36,452 nucleotides of DNA from a virus. Each line of letters starts with the position of its first letter. Within the stretch, counting starts at the first letter, position 1. Of the stretch, positions 31,772 through 36,452 are shown piece by piece. Made by a program: the position numbers and the translations under genes. The stretch is from IMG/VR virus record IMGVR_UViG_3300045988_087108, positions 1 to 36,452 of that record; one strand, written 5' to 3'. The notes beneath the pieces were generated by a model. It was not told the DNA's origin. It saw only the letters and a program-made list of their open reading frames with translations, and searched no databases.

Positions 31772-31894
31772 ATGAAAAAGTTTAACAAATTTAGTAAAGC
31801 AGTCGGAGAAATCCTGGCGATGGTAATAGCGATATTTGTAACGGCGCTGTTCATGGCTCTGGTAGTACGATTTATGATATGGGTATTCTTGTAA
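31772..31894 (+). CDS. Small membrane protein (40 aa).
   Basis: ATG after an AAAGGAAAAGGAAG leader. One TM helix (ILAMVIAIFVTALFMALVV). Confidence 0.45.
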   Translation: MKKFNKFSKAVGEILAMVIAIFVTALFMALVVRFMIWVFL

Positions 31895-31895
31895 A

Positions 31896-32099
31896 ATGTT
31901 GATGGGAATTAGCATATTATTAGCAATCATAGGGCTATACTTGACGTTGATACTTCCAGGGCTTGTAGTGCTATGGAAAGCAATACTCTTTGGGACTTAT
32001 CCAGACGTTGCTGTAATAGCAATCACTAGCGCTATGTTCTTTATAGGCAGCGTTGGGATATGTGTTTTAGCAGACTTATGGAACAGAGAGAGCAAATAG
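31896..32099 (+). CDS. Small membrane protein (67 aa, 2 TM).
   Basis: Hydrophobic ORF that starts 2 nt after the previous stop. Confidence 0.5.
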   Translation: MLMGISILLAIIGLYLTLILPGLVVLWKAILFGTYPDVAVIAITSAMFFIGSVGICVLADLWNRESK

Positions 32100-32152
32100 A
32101 CATTTACGCAGTGTAGTATAATCGACGTAGTCTTACTTATAAGGAGGAAGAT

Positions 32153-32332
32153 ATGTTTAGAGCAATTGTAATAACGACGATAGCCAGCGGATTGGGGTTA
32201 GTCTATCTTTACGCAGGGATGGTCGGTGTCCTCACCACTGCCTTTGTTTTGGGACTAATCAGCATAATCACAGCAATCACCTATGGCTATTATTTGGAAA
32301 AGGACAAAGAAGATGGAGGTCGTAGACAATAA
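32153..32332 (+). CDS. Small membrane protein (59 aa, 2 TM), absent from the ORF track.
   Basis: ATG after TAAGGAGGAAG. Translates to MFRAIVITTIASGLGLVYLYAGMVGVLTTAFVLGLISIITAITYGYYLEKDKEDGGRRQ. Confidence 0.55.
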   Translation: MFRAIVITTIASGLGLVYLYAGMVGVLTTAFVLGLISIITAITYGYYLEKDKEDGGRRQ

Positions 32333-32549
32333 AAATCAGGAAAGAAAGCAAAGAGGCTGGAACTTTAAGAGAGGAGCTAAAAATGCAATCGATACTGAGA
32401 CACTTCGTGAGAGAGGTAGAAAAGGGGGCAAAGCCTGTGGCAGAAAAACTGGCTTTCATGACCCGAGCGTACTTAAAAGAGCGGTTGAAAAGTCAATACA
32501 GACGCGCCGCGCAAAGATTGAGAAACGCAAGGATAGAGAGGTTTCTTGA
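32313..32549 (+). CDS. Small basic protein with one KGG-like motif.
   Basis: TLRERGRKGGKACGRKTGF resembles the repeats in 26235-26483. The internal ATG 32313 is preferred over 32283. Confidence 0.45.
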   Translation: MEVVDNKNQERKQRGWNFKRGAKNAIDTETLRERGRKGGKACGRKTGFHDPSVLKRAVEKSIQTRRAKIEKRKDREVS

Positions 32550-32598
32550 AAACTACAAACTAGACTTCATTGAAACCTAAAAACGTATTGTAAACGTA

Positions 32599-32627
32599 TT
32601 GTAATTTAAGCACGATTAAGTTATAAT
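32599..32627 (+). promoter_or_regulatory. Promoter P5 (TTGTAA-17-TATAAT) with the TAAGCACG spacer element.
   Basis: ttgtaa tttaagcacgattaagt tataat. Preceded by the tandem 11-mer aacgtattgta x2 (32582-32603). The leader aataatcaccagaaaggggg resembles that of P4. Confidence 0.65.
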
Positions 32628-32665
32628 AGAGATGTATTAAATAATCACCAGAAAGGGGGCAATCA

Positions 32666-33121
32666 ATGCCTAAGAAAACCACTAAAAAACGAGAGAAATC
32701 ACCAGAGGAGGAAGCACTGGACATTCTGGAGAAGCTCACAAAAGGTTTGGAGGGAGCGTTAAATAGCGAACCCGAACTACGAAAAAAAGCTGATGAGTTA
32801 GCAGAGGCTATAACAGAAAGTCATGACAAAAACTCATTTACCCGTAGGAGTATGAAGACCGCTATACGCGTTTTGATGGTCGCGGATACTATCGAAAAAG
32901 AAGAGGTTGAGATTAAAGACGTCGCAGAAATGAAAGCGGTACTTACCATGACTGCCGAGACTGTGTTTGGTCTGTCCCGACTTGAGGCTGTTCTCTTTGC
33001 AAGAGAAGTTGGCAAAAACGCTTTTGAGGCTTACAAAGAAGGGCGTGAAAAAGAGGACACAGCTGTCTATAAAACTCTGATAGCACTGTCTGTGTGCCTA
33101 GAAAACTTCAAAGAGGGTTAA
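32666..33121 (+). CDS. Hypothetical protein.
   Basis: ORF with an AAAGGGGG RBS downstream of P5. Confidence 0.55.
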   Translation: MPKKTTKKREKSPEEEALDILEKLTKGLEGALNSEPELRKKADELAEAITESHDKNSFTRRSMKTAIRVLMVADTIEKEEVEIKDVAEMKAVLTMTAETVFGLSRLEAVLFAREVGKNAFEAYKEGREKEDTAVYKTLIALSVCLENFKEG

Positions 33122-33197
33122 ATAACACTGCAAAACTGCCGTCTTGCAAACGGTCGCACCTTTCATTATTTAATTAAAATGGAGATACGTAGGAAAT

Positions 33198-35069
33198 ATG
33201 GCAAACTTCTCTGGGTTAAATACCCTCTTAAACGAAATTGACAAAACAGTTTCAGACAAAATCGATGATAAAATCAGCAACGAAATACCAGAGCTGAAAA
33301 AGCTGGTAAAAAACGCTGAGAAATCTATCAAAGAAAATCTGCCGATGAAAGTCGAGTACGACGGCAAGCTACATGACGTTAAAGGTCTACGCCACAAAGC
33401 GTTGGATAATCTTATTGTGATGGCTTCGCAGAAAATCCCCGTGCTGTTAGTCGGAATGGCAGGGTGCTTTGCGAAAGGCACAGAAGTGCTTACAGCAAAC
33501 GGATATAAGCCAATTGAGGAAATCACAGAGGGCGAAGTCGTGGCAAGCTTTGATAATGAGCAGATTGTTTATAATAAGGTCGCTCAGACAGCTAGGATTG
33601 ACGACCAGCCAAAACCAATGATACAATTTAGATATGGGAATGAAACAATCAGAGCTACCTATGACCACCCTTTCTTCGACGGAGAAAGATATTATCCGCT
33701 CTATCAGCTTGCCTGGAGAGATATGGAGACAAGCCAAAGGATTCAGCTCAAACTATTATGCGAGCAATATGGGCAGACTTTTGACTACAAAACATCACGG
33801 GGGGTATCATATCGCGATTCTCAAACCTGGGAAAGACAAGGACGGGCATTTACGAACAGCGATGAACGGAAAAACTGTCAAGGTACACAGAGTGGTGGCT
33901 CAGACGTGGATACCCAACCCAGAAAACAAGCCAGAGGTGAATCACAAGAACTCAAACCCTGCCGACAACAGAATAACGAACCTGGAGTGGGTTACACACC
34001 AGGAGAACGTAAAACACGGTTACGAGAATGGAAGAATAAAAGAGTCGTTAGCCAAGGCAGTTGCAAAAACACGAAAGTACGACAGAGACGAGCTGCGAGC
34101 GATACAGAGATGGTGGGACACTCATACTGCTTCAGTGGGGAAAAAGGATTGGAAAGCAAGACACCAATTGTTAGAGCAATTGCAGAAGATGTATCCGCAC
34201 ATAGCGAAAACGACGCTCAAAAATATACGACTAAAGCGAGACATTTACAAGACGTTGTAGTTCTTGAGGCTGAGCCATACTATGCCTTAAGCATTGAGAA
34301 TGTCCATACCTATATTGTCAGTAGAGAAAACCTGCCTGTTCATAATACAGGAAAGACGCACGCTGCTGCTCAAGTCGCTGAGGCACTGGGATTAAGCCAC
34401 TACACAATGTCTGTAGGCGCTCAAACATCTAAATCAGACATAATCGGCTACATGCACGCCTCTGGCGGTTACGTGCCGACGCTCTTCCGAAAAGCATATG
34501 AGGAGGGCGGAGTATTCTTGATGGACGAAATCGACGCTGGCAATGCTAACGTCCTTATCCAGGTCAATGCGGCGCTTTCTAACGGCTTCTGTGCCTTTCC
34601 AGACAAGATGGTGGAACAACACAAAGACTTTGTCTTTATCGCCTCTGCTAACACGTTTGGAAACGGTGCTAACCGTATGTACGTTGGTCGTAACCAGCTT
34701 GACGCTGCTACCCTTGACCGCTTTGCCGTCTTAGTCTGGGACATTGACGAGAAGCTGGAAGACAAAATGACAGAAGCCTACGGAGACACTGGCAAGAACT
34801 GGCTCAAGGTGGTGCGAGAGCTGAGAAAGACTATTGAGAATGACGGTATCCGAGCTTTGGTAACGCCACGTGCTACTATTAAAGGTTGCTCTTTACTAAA
34901 TATCGGGCTTGACTTTGAGACTGTCCTAAACGCTGTGATTGTGGAAAACTTGCCGAGCGACAAGAAGTCTCGCTACCGCGACATGGCTAAGAAAAAATGG
35001 GACGAGACTTCCGAAACTGAGAAAGCACACGAGACAGCCGAGGCGGAAGAAGCTGAGATAATCTGGTAG
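33198..35069 (+). CDS. AAA_5 (MoxR/CobS-like) ATPase precursor with an intein in the Walker A loop.
   Basis: Exteins join as PVLLVGMAG-TGKTHAAAQVAEALGL (Walker A GxxGTGKT). Walker B GGVFLMDEID. Downstream DAATLDRF. Confidence 0.85.
   Translation: MANFSGLNTLLNEIDKTVSDKIDDKISNEIPELKKLVKNAEKSIKENLPMKVEYDGKLHDVKGLRHKALDNLIVMASQKIPVLLVGMAGCFAKGTEVLTANGYKPIEEITEGEVVASFDNEQIVYNKVAQTARIDDQPKPMIQFRYGNETIRATYDHPFFDGERYYPLYQLAWRDMETSQRIQLKLLCEQYGQTFDYKTSRGVSYRDSQTWERQGRAFTNSDERKNCQGTQSGGSDVDTQPRKQARGESQELKPCRQQNNEPGVGYTPGERKTRLREWKNKRVVSQGSCKNTKVRQRRAASDTEMVGHSYCFSGEKGLESKTPIVRAIAEDVSAHSENDAQKYTTKARHLQDVVVLEAEPYYALSIENVHTYIVSRENLPVHNTGKTHAAAQVAEALGLSHYTMSVGAQTSKSDIIGYMHASGGYVPTLFRKAYEEGGVFLMDEIDAGNANVLIQVNAALSNGFCAFPDKMVEQHKDFVFIASANTFGNGANRMYVGRNQLDAATLDRFAVLVWDIDEKLEDKMTEAYGDTGKNWLKVVRELRKTIENDGIRALVTPRATIKGCSLLNIGLDFETVLNAVIVENLPSDKKSRYRDMAKKKWDETSETEKAHETAEAEEAEIIW
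33465..34346 (+). mobile_element. 294-aa contiguous intein (Cys1 ... His-Asn, Thr+1). Its central linker is overprinted by an out-of-frame HNH endonuclease ORF.
   Basis: Block A CFAKGTEVLTANG. Block B IRATYDHPFF. Blocks F/G DVVVLEAEPYYALSIENVHTYIVSRENLPVHN|T. The roughly 190 codons between them are polar and low-complexity, and have no stop in the host frame. Confidence 0.8.
33634..34260 (+). CDS. HNH homing endonuclease (NUMOD4 + HNH_3) encoded in an alternative frame inside the intein. The start codon is uncertain.
   Basis: EIWRQAKGFSSNYYASNMGRLL (NUMOD4-like). VHRVVAQTWIPNPENKPEVNHKNSNPADNRITNLEWVTHQEN is paralogous to 422-943. Its stop at 34258-34260 coincides with the start of the intein C-terminal blocks. 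Confidence 0.75.
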   Translation: MGMKQSELPMTTLSSTEKDIIRSISLPGEIWRQAKGFSSNYYASNMGRLLTTKHHGGYHIAILKPGKDKDGHLRTAMNGKTVKVHRVVAQTWIPNPENKPEVNHKNSNPADNRITNLEWVTHQENVKHGYENGRIKESLAKAVAKTRKYDRDELRAIQRWWDTHTASVGKKDWKARHQLLEQLQKMYPHIAKTTLKNIRLKRDIYKTL

Positions 35070-35078
35070 GAGGTCTAG

Positions 35079-36026
35079 ATGGATTTGATAGACTACACGA
35101 CACTAGAAAACACCGTCAAGGGCGATGGCTTTGTCTACGGAGAGTATTCTATAAGTAAAACCAAGACCAAATTGACATATTTTGATGAGGGAGAGCTTTG
35201 CGGAAAGTTCGATGGAATAGACATATTCCTAGATGTGATATCTAACCAACTGAAAGATGGGCGCGGCAGATATAATTCTTCGCAAGACAAAGGCGACGGT
35301 GATTTTCAAATGTTCAAAACTTATGAAGAAGCGATGGACACGTTCAAGAATAATCCATCCAAGGTGGCAGACTTCATGCAAAAAGACGAGAGGATTTTAG
35401 GCGGAGACAGTGCTGGAATGAGCGTAGATTATGACGTTACTGGCGACTTCATCGACATGGGAAGATATGTCGAGGGGATACCAGAGACCTTTGGAAGCAT
35501 GTACAATGGAAATCCACGCTCCAAGCGAGTAAACATTCTAATCCCTGCAATGATAAGCTGCGGGGTGAGTTACAAGCTAATCAACCATAGGTCAAAACGG
35601 GTGAAACGCCTTGTAGACTGGCTAGAGGCAAACCAAGTGAGGTGTGCGGTTACTATCATGTTCACGAACGACAACTGGCACTGTGAGATAGTCGTCAAGA
35701 AGTTTGATGAGGTCTTTAACATAAACGACATAGCAATCGCTACGCACTCTGATTTCTTCAGACGCTGCCAGTTCAAGTTCGGCGAAAACTCTAAAACACT
35801 CTACAGTGGTTATGGTTCGCCAAGACAGTTTTGGAATAACACAAAGGTAAAGAATATGATGAACCAAGAATACAACAACGAGTTTAATGTAGTAATTGGC
35901 AGTAAGTTAGAATATACAGAGCAGATAGACAAAGATATGGACGACCTTGAGAAGAGATTGAGCAAAAGAATATTTGAAGAAGAAAGTAACGAAGCTATGC
36001 TAGGTTGCATGCTGGGGAGTGAGTAG
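35079..36026 (+). CDS. Hypothetical protein, probable partner of the AAA_5 ATPase.
   Basis: ORF with a GTAGGAGG RBS 9 nt after the ATPase stop. No motif recognised. Confidence 0.55.
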   Translation: MDLIDYTTLENTVKGDGFVYGEYSISKTKTKLTYFDEGELCGKFDGIDIFLDVISNQLKDGRGRYNSSQDKGDGDFQMFKTYEEAMDTFKNNPSKVADFMQKDERILGGDSAGMSVDYDVTGDFIDMGRYVEGIPETFGSMYNGNPRSKRVNILIPAMISCGVSYKLINHRSKRVKRLVDWLEANQVRCAVTIMFTNDNWHCEIVVKKFDEVFNINDIAIATHSDFFRRCQFKFGENSKTLYSGYGSPRQFWNNTKVKNMMNQEYNNEFNVVIGSKLEYTEQIDKDMDDLEKRLSKRIFEEESNEAMLGCMLGSE

Positions 36027-36029
36027 TAA

Positions 36030-36314
36030 ATGAAAAGACTGAGAGCTGGAGACCCAAATCGACAAGAAGTATGGGCAGCAAACGGTGCGCTGTTCTCTAT
36101 CGTGGACTTGGGAATACCACTACACTTTGATGAAATGAAGCGGCATATTACGACAGAAGAAGCTAAGAGGATTAAAAAGCTGTTTGCAAATGTAGCCAAA
36201 AGGAGAAAATCAAACATTGAGCTGGCAAGAGTAGACGGTGGCGTGGAAATCCTGGGCAGATTTAGAACTTTCAGACAGGCAAGGAGGTTTATCAAGGAGA
36301 ACTATGAAGACTAA
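36030..36314 (+). CDS. Hypothetical basic protein.
   Basis: ORF with a GGGGAGTGAG RBS. Confidence 0.55.
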   Translation: MKRLRAGDPNRQEVWAANGALFSIVDLGIPLHFDEMKRHITTEEAKRIKKLFANVAKRRKSNIELARVDGGVEILGRFRTFRQARRFIKENYED

Positions 36315-36452
36315 CAAGAAAATGACTAGAGGAGAGGTCGTCAAACGACTAGATTCAATCTTCTCTAAATGGGTCAGGCTCAGGGGTGCGAAAATCACCC
36401 CTGACGGTAGGATATTGAACAAGTGCTGTACGTGCGGAGTGGTTCAAGACAT
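36304..36452 (+). CDS. ninG: 5' end of the NinG-like gene. It continues through the circular junction into 3-425.
   Basis: AAGGAGAA RBS, then ATG 36304. Translates to MKTNKKMTRGEVVKRLDSIFSKWVRLRGAKITPDGRILNKCCTCGVVQD, in phase with the ORF at the window start. Confidence 0.75.
   Translation, partial: MKTNKKMTRGEVVKRLDSIFSKWVRLRGAKITPDGRILNKCCTCGVVQD
36398..36452. repeat. Second copy of the 55-nt terminal redundancy (identical to 1-55).
   Basis: Exact identity by direct comparison. Confidence 0.95.

Noticed and set aside
32383-32580. Alternative-frame ORF overlapping the KGG-like gene. Similar small internal plus-strand ORFs occur at 7461-7793, 10015-10209, 15801-15989, 16170-16403, 19610-19801, 20436-20696, 21524-21781, 22918-23136, 23995-24198, 28211-28453, 29636-29821 and 34543-34734.
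   Set aside because: All are nested in stronger ORFs, lack RBSs and have skewed R/S/T-rich composition. Unlike the HNH ORF, there is no independent domain evidence.
33700-34257. Host-frame translation across the intein centre (SYRDSQTWERQGRAFTNSDERKNCQGTQSGG...) as a possible novel folded domain.
   Set aside because: The composition is polar and low-complexity with no recognisable motif. It is best explained as a constrained read-through linker that overlaps the HNH gene.
1-36452. Search for a lysogeny module (integrase, CI/Cro-like repressor pair, attP), tRNA genes, CRISPR arrays, and preQ0 biosynthesis genes (FolE, QueC, QueD, QueE).
   Set aside because: No ORF shows the corresponding motifs. 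No divergent minus-strand gene exists. The few non-coding gaps (23718-23960, 27767-27978, 31633-31771) show no cloverleaf-like structure that I could recognise by eye.

Overview
The window looks like a complete, circularly closed dsDNA tailed-phage genome. Bases 1-55 are identical to 36398-36452, so the unique length is about 36.4 kb. Every supportable gene is on the + strand. I saw no integrase, repressor, tRNA or CRISPR array. Strong AGGAG-type ribosome-binding sites, TTGACA/TATACT promoters and a CHAP + CW_7 + LysM endolysin point to a Gram-positive (Bacillota) host. I cannot name the species.

Gene order:
- 23.9-36.4 kb, wrapping to 1.6 kb: early, replication and recombination genes. These include a replication initiator with an embedded iteron origin, RecT, a PD-(D/E)XK nuclease, an AAA_5 ATPase and a NinG-like endonuclease.
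- 1.6-4.1 kb: a DNA-modification-like module with a YhhQ-family preQ0 transporter, a DpdA/TGT-like transglycosylase and a ParB-like protein.
- 4.2-21 kb: HK97-type siphovirus morphogenesis genes. These are TerS, TerL, a portal-MuF fusion, prohead protease, major capsid protein, connectors, major tail protein, G/GT chaperone, tape measure, Dit, Tal, three paralogous small proteins and a receptor-binding protein with a C1q-like head.
- 21-23.7 kb: lysis genes (XhlA-like protein, holin, endolysin).

The most unusual content is three intein/homing-endonuclease arrangements in one small genome:
1. The NinG-like gene is fractured into an N-extein-IntN ORF, a free-standing HNH ORF and an IntC-C-extein ORF. 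This is a split-intein architecture.
2. The endolysin carries an in-frame LAGLIDADG intein that starts with Ala. It sits immediately before the catalytic Cys of the CHAP domain.
3. The AAA_5 ATPase has a contiguous intein in its P-loop. The intein's HNH endonuclease is encoded in a different reading frame, while the host frame stays open across it. This appears to be about 600 nt of dual coding.

Other notable points:
- A transporter + DpdA pair with no preQ0 biosynthesis genes, suggesting salvage-based 7-deazaguanine DNA modification.
- A five-copy promoter family with a conserved TAAGCAC(G) element in the spacer.
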